Both the position numbers and the translations under genes were made by a program. Below, in pieces: positions 1 through 8,335 of a stretch of 14,588 nucleotides of DNA (positions within the stretch are counted from its first letter, which is position 1; every line of letters begins with the position of its first letter). A model generated the notes under the pieces. The model saw nothing but the letters and a program-made list of their open reading frames with translations. It ran no database searches and was not told the DNA's origin. Origin of the DNA: Leidyana gryllorum EB-2025a (Eukaryota > Protista > Apicomplexa); contig JBLWGC010000183.1 of NCBI GenBank assembly GCA_048772705.1, positions 1 to 14,588 on the forward strand, read 5' to 3'.

Positions 1-3000
1 GTTTGAGGTGGCGGGTATCCAGCATCACCATCTCTCCTTCCTTGAAGGTCTTGTCCCTCCTGATCTTATCCGCCTGTCGTTTCTGCTTCCGTCGGGCCTC
101 ATTCATCCTGTCGCACGCCTCCTGAAGTCTTTGAGCGTAGATTTTCAGTGGTAGGGAACTCGTGGGTTGGTATTGTCTCCGCATCCAGTCCTGTGGGTGT
201 TGGTATCGGTGACCAGTGTCAATTTCGAATGGTGTACTCTTGCTTGAGGTCTGCGGCGTCGAGTTGTATGCTATTTCGGTGGCTGTGAGGTGTGCCGCCC
301 AATCGTTTGAGTGACCCATTAGGGTGGCTCTTAGGAGACTTAATATCGTTCGATTCGCTCTTTCGACGAGTCCATTCGTTTGGGGATGATATGCTGTACT
401 CAGGGCCAAGGTGCTCCCCAGTCCGGTCATGAGAGCTCTCCACATCTCGGAAATGAAACGGGGGTCGCGATCTGAGATGATCTTGGCAGGCACACCATGC
501 AATTTCACTATGTTGTCGAGGAACAATTGCGCTGCCTTTTCGGCGTTAATGTCCTTGGTGCAAGGAATCAGCCGGATCCGGCGGCTGACACGATCGACGA
601 CGACCATAACGTAATTATACCCCGTGGTCGAATCCCTTGGTAATTCTAGAAAATCGATTCCGATATGTTCCCAAGGGAAAAGCGGATCTTTGATTGGGTT
701 CAGCAGTCCGTATGGGCGGTGGTTGCTTGTCTTCGTTAGTTGGCAATTATTGCAGCTCCGGCAGAACTCGGCCACGTCTGCACTCATGCCTCGCCACATA
801 AAACAGGCTCTGATTCGAGCGAGTGTTTTTTCGGCACCGAAGTGTCCCGCCAGGGGAGTTCCGTGATTCTCTTTGATGACCGCCCTGATTAGGTCGGGTT
901 TTGGTGGAAGTATGATAGTCCCATCTTCGGCTACTGGGATGCCTGAAATCCATTCCACCTCCTTCAGGTTTGCCGCCAGGTGTGGGTATTCCGTCCATGC
1001 TTGTTTGATCCGATCTTCCAGAAGTATCTCATTGATTTCAATGGCCCAGGTTTCCTTCAGTGGTGTATTAGGCGTTCTCGGTGGGCGACTCAGTAGGTCA
1101 GCCACTATGTTGTTGGCTCCTGGTAAGTATTTTATGGCCAAATCAAACTCCGCCAGGGTGATCATCCAGCGTGCTTGGCGGTCGCTGAGGTTGTTCTGGC
1201 GCATGAGGTGTACGAGTGGGCGGTGGTCGGTGAAAATGTGTACCTTGCGGCCCACCAGTAAATGTCGCCAGTGGCGCAGACTCTTCACTATCGCCAACAG
1301 CTCCCGCTCGTGTGTAGGATATCTCGATTCCGCGTCATTAAGCGTCTTCGAGAAGAACTCGATTGGTCTCTTTTCTCCTTCGGGGCCCTGTTCCAATACT
1401 GCTCCGATGGCTCTGATCGATGCATCCGCAGTGAGTGTGAGTTCCGTCACATCGGGGTCTGGAAAACTCAGTCGTTGGGTCTCAAGGAGAGCTTGTTTCA
1501 GGTGTGTCCATGCAGCGCGTGACTGGGTCGTGTGTCTGGCCTCATCCGCTGGGGCTTTCAGTCCTCGGGTACAATCATAGAGGGGTGCGGCTATTTCCGC
1601 AAATCGGGGTACAAAACGTCTGTAAAAATTGAAAAGACCCAGGCCTTGCTGAAGTCCTCGTAGGGTGGTTGGTAGAGGTAAGGATTTGATGAATGCGAGT
1701 TTATCTTCGACAGGTTGTATGCCTTCGGCGCTCAGTTGATGTCCTATGTACGTGACCTCTTTCAGGTAGAAGGCTGATTTCCTCCGATGGGCGACAAGGT
1801 TGTGCTGCCGGAGTCGGTTCAACACCTCCTGTAGGTGTCTCGTGTGTTCGGCTTCACTGTGGGAGTATACTAGGATATCGTCCAAGTACACAAAGACGAA
1901 GTCTCCGATCAGTCCTTGTAATACTTGGTTCATCAAAGTCATGAATGTGGAGGGCGCGTTGCACAGCCCATTTGGCATCGCGATCCACTCGAAGATTCCC
2001 CAAGGGGTCGTGAAAGCGGTGTACTGTCGCGCCGTGGGATGTACTCGCACTTGGTAATATCCGGATTTGAGGTCTATTATGGAAAATACTGTCGCTCCGC
2101 TGAGATTCATCAGACTGTCTTCCATGCGTGGAATGTTCGGAGCCAATCGCCGCGTCAGGGCGTTGATGCCCCGGTAGTCGCAGACGAGGCGTGGGATATT
2201 CGTGTCCTTTTTTGGGACGAACAAGCACGGGGATGACCATTCTGATGCGCTGGGCGTGATGAGTCCTTGTGTGAGCAATTCGGTGATTTGTTGTCGCATT
2301 TCGCCCAACCATCTTTGTGGCACCCGGTATGGTGCTTTGGCGATTGGGTTGGTGCTGGGGTCTTTCAGGGTAATCTGATGGTCGATTCCCGGTCTCGCGG
2401 GGGGAGGAGGGAGAGTTGTAACGAACACGTCTGCGAATTTCTCCGCTATCCAGGCTGCTGCTTCCGCGAGTTTCCATTCTCCATCTAGTGGGCGTTTCGG
2501 TTCGGTGAGGAAGGTGGCAAAACATCTTCTCCCGTCTTGTGCTGGAGGCAAGATAAAGTCGGTGCAATTCATCTGTCTGCGAATGGGAATCGTGGAGCGT
2601 TCTATGATGCAAAGTTTCGAGTCTCGTGGCGTGATCGTTAAGCCGAGCCGCGTGACTTCTGGTGTGCCCAGCAGGGCGTCGTAAGGTAAGCTATCCACAA
2701 CAAAGGCTTCTGTGTCCAACTGGTTTCCGGCATCGGTTCTAATACGTATGTGTGTTAATCCGAAAATGTCCGTTTGACCCTTGATGCATGTGATTTGATC
2801 CGAAAAGGGGTGGACTGTTGCGTTCAGCTTCTCCGCAGTTGCTCGGGGAATGAGCGTGACGTTAGATCCTGTGTCGATCAGGATGCATGCCTTCGGGATC
2901 CACACTCTGTTGGATGCGTCTCCTATGCTCCATTGTGCGGTCAGTACCCCTTGTCTGCCAGCTCCGCCATCTCGACAGGGGGTTGTGGAAAATCCGACGA

Positions 3001-3001
3001 C
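1..3001 (-). CDS. pol: Pol polyprotein (aspartic protease, RT, RNase H, integrase), 3'-partial, -1 frame relative to gag
   Basis: Hand translation places all motifs in one frame: LIDTGS (DTG at 2875-2867), SEWSSPCLFVPKKD..RLVCDYRGIN, VYLDDILVYS (YLDD 1888-1877), TADASIRAIGAVL, HGTPLAGH...CRSCNNC, GIDF, ISDRDPRF, HPQTNGLVERAN. The frame opens after TGA at 3004-3002. It is missing from the ORF track, consistent with it running off the window edge without a stop. Confidence 0.95.
2937..2995 (-). promoter_or_regulatory. Putative -1 programmed ribosomal frameshift signal (G GAU UUU plus stem-loop or pseudoknot)
   Basis: Heptamer GGATTTT (2995-2989) is correctly phased in the gag frame and lies in the 61-nt gag/pol overlap. 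A 5-nt spacer precedes a stem ACCCCCTGTC (2983-2974)/GACAAGGGGT (2955-2946) with one mismatch. Confidence 0.8.
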
Positions 3002-4101
3002 TCAGTATAGTAAGCTGCTCGACGCTGTGTGGGTCTCCCGAGACCCTGTGGTCGGAGACCATATGTCCCCGATTCATTGTGTGCGCGCCTTGGTGGTAGA
3101 TCGTCCCTCGGCAAAGTACACTGGCGTGCAATGTGCCCTTGTTCCCCGCAATTCAGGCATCGCCCTTCCATCAGGCACTGCTGATGTGGAAAATGGCATC
3201 GGCTTCCGGTGCTGCCGGTATTTCGCCTCGAGTTTTGACGCTCCATTGCGAAGCAGTTCTGTGATCTGTTGATCGATTCGCGTTGTATCATTTCGTTCTC
3301 CAATGCGGCCAGGCATATCTTATCTAGATTCCTCCCGTTGATTCCCCCAAGCATTCGACGATCCTCCGCCGTGATTCCGTTGTAGAAGATGTGGATGAGT
3401 GTGCTTTGACTCACATTCGGGTCGATCCCTCTGACTAGTTGTCTGACTCTACTGACGTATTCCATCATGGAAGTGGTTTTGCGCAAGTTGATCAATTGAA
3501 TGAGGTCGTTTTCGACGGTGTGCATGGGTCCGAACTCCTTCAGGAAGGCCTCGCGGAACTGAGTCCAAGTTCCTTCAAACAGTTCCGGTTTCGCGACGAA
3601 CCAGCGGCCCGCACTTCCAGACAAATGGGAGCACACCGCTCGGACTCGAGTGTTGTCATCCTGGATTCCCCAGGCCTCGAATTTGGCGTGGCATCCATCT
3701 ATCCAATCTCGTGCTTCGGTAGGGTTTTCGCCTGTGTAGTCCGGTTGGTGTTTCAGGGCCCAGGCTGCCGGCGGTGTTGTGCCCTGCACCGTAATCCTGT
3801 TATCGTTTCGTTCTTGTCGTTCTTTCTCGGCCTCGATCGGTATGGCGTCGGTTCGGATCGCATAACAGTGCTGCTGTGTTGATTGTTCAAAGGTCGGTAT
3901 CGCTGTCGGTCGGGATGATCTCGTATCATGTGTTTCCATTCGTTCTATGACCCGGTGGCGGTCACTCAATTCGTGCTCGGTTCGGGGGGGCGGCTCCTGA
4001 TCTGTGGCGAACGACGCACTGCTACCAATGAAGCCCGATGGCATCTCGGGGTCTTCGCTGCGGGTCCTACGGTTGGTTCCGGATCGTGTTTTAACAGTCA
4101 T
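2941..4101 (-). CDS. gag: Gag (capsid plus CCHC nucleocapsid zinc knuckle)
   Basis: The track ORF 2941-4128 starts at a GTG; the first ATG is at 4101. Gypsy capsid-like motifs (ARDWI, LSGSAGRWF, TWTQFREAFLKEF, IFYNGI) and CX2CX4HX4C CLNCGEQGHIARQC at 3159-3118. Confidence 0.93.
   Translation of the reverse strand: MTVKTRSGTNRRTRSEDPEMPSGFIGSSASFATDQEPPPRTEHELSDRHRVIERMETHDTRSSRPTAIPTFEQSTQQHCYAIRTDAIPIEAEKERQERNDNRITVQGTTPPAAWALKHQPDYTGENPTEARDWIDGCHAKFEAWGIQDDNTRVRAVCSHLSGSAGRWFVAKPELFEGTWTQFREAFLKEFGPMHTVENDLIQLINLRKTTSMMEYVSRVRQLVRGIDPNVSQSTLIHIFYNGITAEDRRMLGGINGRNLDKICLAALENEMIQRESINRSQNCFAMERQNSRRNTGSTGSRCHFPHQQCLMEGRCLNCGEQGHIARQCTLPRDDLPPRRAHNESGTYGLRPQGLGRPTQRRAAYYTESSDFPQPPVEMAELADKGY
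4010..4027 (-). promoter_or_regulatory. Primer-binding site, initiator tRNA-Met type
   Basis: TGGTAGCAGTGCGTCGTT lies 1 nt after the LTR's CA end. Its complement AACGACGCACTGCTACCA fits tRNA positions 59-76 (A59, A60, C61, U72, A73, CCA), as in eukaryotic initiator tRNAs. Confidence 0.85.
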
Positions 4102-4206
4102 TCGTCCTTTTCGTGTGTGTTTTTCCACTTAAAAACTCGTGTCTCCTGCCGTGTGCCGGCCGGGTCCCCGAGACACAAACATGTAATTCTAGCTCTATTG
4201 ACTTCA
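4029..4206 (-). repeat. 5' LTR of element A (178 bp)
   Basis: TG...CA ends with a 5-bp terminal inverted repeat TGAAG/CTTCA, immediately followed by the PBS. The outer boundary coincides with the abrupt start of the element B pol fragment. The partner LTR is outside the window. Confidence 0.8.
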
Positions 4207-4207
4207 G

Positions 4208-6163
4208 TTGGTTACACGATTCATTCCGGGCCTAGCGACGATTGTGGAACCTCTCACGAGGCTGATGAAGAAGGGCACCACGTGGGAATGGGGGTTAGAA
4301 CAGGAGGATGCGTTCAGGCTGCTGAAACAGGAGCTCATACGCGCAGTGATTCTACGAGCGCCAACGGGAACCGGGGAATTTAAGATGATGACGGACGCCT
4401 CTGATAAAGGAATCGGAGCAGTACTGATGCAGCAGCAGGATGGTGAGTGGGTCCCCATCGAATTCGGTAGCAAGACCTTGAGCCCAGCGGAGAGGCGATG
4501 GGACACGCGAGAACGTGAAGCGTTCGCTATCAAATGGGCTGTGGACCACTTCAAGGACTATATTAAGTGCTCTCGGACCATTGTCGAGACAGATCACGAA
4601 AGTTTGAAATGGATGCATTCAGCGCAGGACGGCAAAGTCCAGAGATGGGCTATGTTTCTGCAGCAGTTCGACCTCGAGATCAGGCACATCTCGGGAGAGG
4701 TGAATATTATGGCGGATTGGCTGTCACGGACGACAGATGAAGGTGTTTCAGAGCAGGAACTGGAGCTGATGTCGACGTCGTGCTACGTGGGTCAGTTGTT
4801 AGGTAAAACCCCTCGAATCCCACAGTTGGCGGAACTGACGGGGGCATACACTGAGATGACGGAGGACGAGAAGGTCGCATGCTACCAATTACCCTCCGGT
4901 CACTACGTTTCGAAGACCACCCACAAGTTATTCATTCCGAAGAAGTTGAGAGAAGCTATCCTCTACTGGTTCCATGCAGCCAGGTATGGAGGTCACCTGG
5001 GCATCAACCGCACACTCAGCCGCATGAAGCGATGGGTCTGGTGGAAAGGCATGGCGCAAGAGATTCGCCAATACGTGAACCAATGTCTGATCTGTGCTCG
5101 CAAGGCACCCCTGCGGCTTCGCAGTGATTGGCAGGGAACATTGGAGAAAGCTAGGCCGCTTGAGATGGTCAGCGCTGATTTTGTGGGGCCGCGGAAATGG
5201 AAGGCCCGTCAAGTTTACTATCTGGTCCTCATCGACCACTGCACCCGATTTCTGATGACTCACCCAGTGATGGGCCCTCCAACAGCGAGGGACGCCAGAG
5301 AAGGATTACAGAAGTGGACTGCAATGTTTGGGGCACCCACCACAGTACTCACGGATAATGGCACTCATTTTGCGGCAGAGTTCAAAGAATACGTTTTGAA
5401 GGATCTTTTGGCTTACCATGCAGTCACCAGTCCATACTACCCGCAGGGTAATGGCCTCAACGAGGCGAGTCATCGAGGACTCGAGGCCTCGCTGAAGATT
5501 GCAGACGCGGAAGGAATCTTCACCTTCGAGGAAGCCCTTAACACAGCCACTCAGATTCATAACGCTACTCCTCACTTAGCAGTCGAGGAGAGCCCCTTTT
5601 ACACGCTGATGGGATTCGACATGGTTCTCCCAGGACTGCAAGAATGGAGGATGGATAGCGACGAGTCTGTGGCGAAAGCCCGGATGGGTGGAGTGACAGT
5701 GAGAATGATGAAGGAGAGTGTTGGCGACTTCCGAGCGATCGCGGTCCCGGAGGAGCTAATCAAGGAAGGGGACCTCGTCTTGACACAACTGCCGGCCAGT
5801 GGGCGAGGACCTGGTAGTCCGACCGCTGCCGCCAGAGGTGCCTATGCCGTGAAGTGGAGTATGCCAGCCAAGGTCGTCAAGAAGAAGCAGGGTCAGCTCG
5901 AGGTGTATTACTACGGCACCCAGAAGAAGGGGCTGGTACCGCTGCGTCTGTGCCGCAAGCTGGAAGGATCGGTGCCTGCCAGTTTAGCTGTGGAAGCTAT
6001 GAGGATCATGAAGGCTGATCCTCCCGTGTTCCCGAAGGGCAGGGATTACGAACTCCTGCCGACGGTGACATGGACGCAAATAGTCGAGGGCTTTGAGCCA
6101 GGAGGTTCAAAGGAAGGAAATTCGAGCGAAGCTGCAAAATTTGGGGTTGGTGGAGGTGGATGA
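4208..6163 (+). CDS. pol: Pol, 5'-truncated: RT thumb/connection, RNase H, integrase
   Basis: RFIPGLATIVEPLTRL..WEWG..QEDAF, TDASDKGIGAVL, EREAFAI, TDHESL, N.MADWLSR, HHCC (H..RYGGH..CLIC), DDE (ADF, TDNG, NGLNE). No YxDD is present. The track's start codon (TTG) is not a real start. Confidence 0.93.
   Translation: MVTRFIPGLATIVEPLTRLMKKGTTWEWGLEQEDAFRLLKQELIRAVILRAPTGTGEFKMMTDASDKGIGAVLMQQQDGEWVPIEFGSKTLSPAERRWDTREREAFAIKWAVDHFKDYIKCSRTIVETDHESLKWMHSAQDGKVQRWAMFLQQFDLEIRHISGEVNIMADWLSRTTDEGVSEQELELMSTSCYVGQLLGKTPRIPQLAELTGAYTEMTEDEKVACYQLPSGHYVSKTTHKLFIPKKLREAILYWFHAARYGGHLGINRTLSRMKRWVWWKGMAQEIRQYVNQCLICARKAPLRLRSDWQGTLEKARPLEMVSADFVGPRKWKARQVYYLVLIDHCTRFLMTHPVMGPPTARDAREGLQKWTAMFGAPTTVLTDNGTHFAAEFKEYVLKDLLAYHAVTSPYYPQGNGLNEASHRGLEASLKIADAEGIFTFEEALNTATQIHNATPHLAVEESPFYTLMGFDMVLPGLQEWRMDSDESVAKARMGGVTVRMMKESVGDFRAIAVPEELIKEGDLVLTQLPASGRGPGSPTAAARGAYAVKWSMPAKVVKKKQGQLEVYYYGTQKKGLVPLRLCRKLEGSVPASLAVEAMRIMKADPPVFPKGRDYELLPTVTWTQIVEGFEPGGSKEGNSSEAAKFGVGGGG
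6143..6160 (+). promoter_or_regulatory. Polypurine tract (G-rich, T-interrupted) of element B
   Basis: GGGGTTGGTGGAGGTGGA abuts the LTR's TG and encodes the last integrase residues, GVGGGG. Confidence 0.7.
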
Positions 6164-6483
6164 TTCGTCAAACCCCTGTGTGACACGAAGTGTTAGGGTA
6201 CTGTAACCCTAGATTAGTGAACCCCCTTTTGCATCTTTTATTTGTTTATATTTTATGTGTGGTGATCTATATGACGATTGGGGCCGGCTGACACGGAGAC
6301 ACCGGCATCCAGACACGCGTGTGCTCGGCACAAACGGAACTGGTGGTACTAATAAAACTACGTGATGGCGAAGGACGGATTAAGGAGCAAGGCGGCAAGC
6401 AACCAGGAGGAAGATCAAAATCCTACGGTCGACCTAACGGCAGTTCCGAACGCTGATCGGCCTGCAGAACCGATCACGAATTA
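6161..6483 (+). repeat. 3' LTR of element B (323 bp, TG...TA)
   Basis: Starts TGATTCGT and ends ACGAATTA (7/8 inverted repeat). Identity with the second copy stops exactly at this end. AATAAA at 6351; ATG at 6365 opens a frame running to the LTR end. Confidence 0.9.
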
Positions 6484-6484
6484 G

Positions 6485-7454
6485 GCAGAAACTGTGCCCA
6501 ATATGCACGGGGATCAGTGGGAGGGACGGACTGGGCCGCAAAACGGCACAGATCAGCCTCCCCCCCGGGCTGACGCTGAGCCCATCGGTACTGAGGTGAT
6601 ACAATATGTGGGATATAACTGGGAGAGACGTTTACTTTGTGCAGGATCGACACCACAGACTCATCTCAGGGTGTAACATGACGGCCGAATGGATATGGCA
6701 CAATGACACGATGCCTTCGGAAAGTACAATTTCCACCGTCATGGACGCTTTGTGTCAAGTTCCGACATACGCTCGATATTTTCCCATGCGGCCTTTTGCT
6801 AGCAAGTCGTACGGACTTCCGTCCGAAGTAGTGAAGGCGGCTTTCTTGCACCGAGCGGGCAGGGAACGACTTTCAGACACGCAGCTTCAAGATATGGCCC
6901 AAGATATGGCAGCTGTGGAAGACTACACCTGGCGGGTGGAAACGGATATGGATAGCTGGGATCCTAACTCTACCGACCCCAACCCAAAGCTTGAGATTCA
7001 GCTGGAAAGGGCACGAACCCTTAGCCCGCAAGAAAAGGAGGCCCAAGTGAAGATCCACAAGGACCTCCTCTGTGAGGTGCAGTACAGGGCGGGGGTGAGA
7101 TCAGCGGTCACAGCGGAGTGGGAGGAGGCGAGGAGATTGCCACAGAATAAGCAGCCGGTCCCTATCGCTAAATGTCCAGGTCTCACTTGGCAGGACGTAA
7201 TCTGGCCGCCTCCTAACCAGGGTCCAAACGACTGGACGCTCATGCGCTTTGACACTCAGAACTTTGAAGACCTTCTCCTGAACTTGGACATGTTGGTGTA
7301 TCATTCTCCTCGCTGCCAAGATTGGTACAACGCGAGTGCTCAGGCAGCGGCCTCCTCCGCAGCGGCAGCGGCCTCCTCGGCAGCGACTGTCTCTGCGGCT
7401 ACAGCCGTGTTGTCGGCAGCTGCATCAGCGGTGCTCTCCAGAGTCCTTCCCTAA
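6485..7454 (+). CDS. Uncharacterised multigene-family protein, copy 1, 5'-disrupted by the LTR; exons 6485-6595 and 6645-7454
   Basis: Paralog of the gene ending at 11993 (shared DTMPSES, QxMAQDM, VEDYxWR, KIHKDLLCEVQY, QPVPIAKCP). A 49-nt GT-AG intron (6596-6644) at the same position in both copies joins the two conserved frames. An alternative in-frame donor lies 12 nt downstream. Confidence 0.75.
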
Positions 7455-8060
7455 CTACAGCGATTGCGGGCTCAAAGCTGTCCACTGCAATTTGACTGCT
7501 ACGAGAAATCATTGCTCACCCGAATTCGAGACGAGCCCTGACTGCTGCCATTGTCGTGAGAGGATACCCTCCGCACCTTCGATTCCCCATGAACCTTTAG
7601 ATTTTAGATTTCGCGTGCAGCTTAGACTGTTGTTGGACTTTGCTAGAGGCGATTGGCTCAATCCAATGTGCCGTTGTCAATTGACTGCGTCTCCTGACCG
7701 CAACCCGAGCCGCCTTGCGCGGCCACATGGTATCTTCCCCAATTTGCTGTGCCTGGCAGTGCAGTAAGTGGGGTGGTCAACACCGAGTCTGTGTTCAAAC
7801 CGGCCGCAGAGTTGTTCAGGGTAAAAGCGGGTTGACAGTCGGTCTAAGGCTGCGTTCTTTGATGTACGTTTGTCTCTTACTCGTCCCGGCCAGCCACAGA
7901 GACACAGACAATTGGTGGACCGGTTCCGGCCGGAGGCTGTTACGCGTGACCTTTTGCAGTTATAGTCATAGCAGAGTACAATGAGATTCGTGGACGAACG
8001 TTCCTCCAAAGTGATCGGTGACCCGAGCAGGCCCTTTTTGGAGCAGCAGCGTCCCGTCCG
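7399..8060 (-). pseudogene. Candidate spliced minus-strand gene, copy 1 (possibly decayed)
   Basis: Synonymous-biased conservation with 11938-12670 (RVTDHFGG, TDSxLTTP, DSFEPAIAV) and short GT-AG gaps. It has an apparent compensated frameshift and a TGA where copy 2 has CGA. Confidence 0.4.
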
Positions 8061-8335
8061 GCCCACATAGATACTTTGATGGGGGAGGCAGTAGAGGGCG
8101 ACCACCACCCACAAGGCAAGGTGTTACCGATAATAAACGGCAGTTCCTGCGGATTGATAAGTATCTCAAAGCGATGCGATACGGCGTCTCTGAATGGACA
8201 AGGGGATGGGGGGTGAGGCCACTGGTGCCTAATGTCGTGACAGCTGGAATCCCTGCCTGGTGGCTTGGCACCCAAAGCTTAGAAGTCCGCAGGGCGGCCG
8301 AGCCCCGGATGACGTCCTAAGTAAGACCAGCGTTC

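Larger units (their letters stand above)
1..4206 (-). mobile_element. Ty3/Gypsy LTR retrotransposon, family A (3' end outside window)
   Basis: Order on the minus strand is LTR (TGAAG...CTTCA), PBS, gag, then pol with PR-RT-RH-IN domain order, which is Ty3/Gypsy-type rather than Copia. Confidence 0.96.
4207..6483 (+). mobile_element. Ty3/Gypsy LTR retrotransposon, family B, 3' half (interrupted by element A)
   Basis: RH-IN ORF, then PPT, then LTR. Positions 5608-6483 are repeated in inverted orientation at 13713-14588. Confidence 0.95.

Noticed and set aside
4004-4027. tRNA gene
   Set aside because: Only the 3' 18 nt including CCA match; this is a PBS, with no cloverleaf.
411-4383. Plus-strand ORFs (e.g. 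873-1580, 3439-3882) and off-frame minus ORFs (e.g. 1854-2612)
   Set aside because: Shadows of the gag/pol frames, with no motifs of their own.
4208-6163. Stand-alone RNaseH-integrase gene, or a divergent bidirectional element with family A
   Set aside because: It begins mid-RT at a TTG exactly at LTR A's boundary; nested insertion explains it.
6193-6211. TTAGGG / TAACCCTA telomere-like inverted pair in LTR B
   Set aside because: Single units forming a 6-bp hairpin, not an array; could be chance.
6606-6644. ATG starts at 6606 and 11106 (MWD...)
   Set aside because: They fall at or within the predicted conserved intron, and upstream homology continues in another frame. Not fully excluded.
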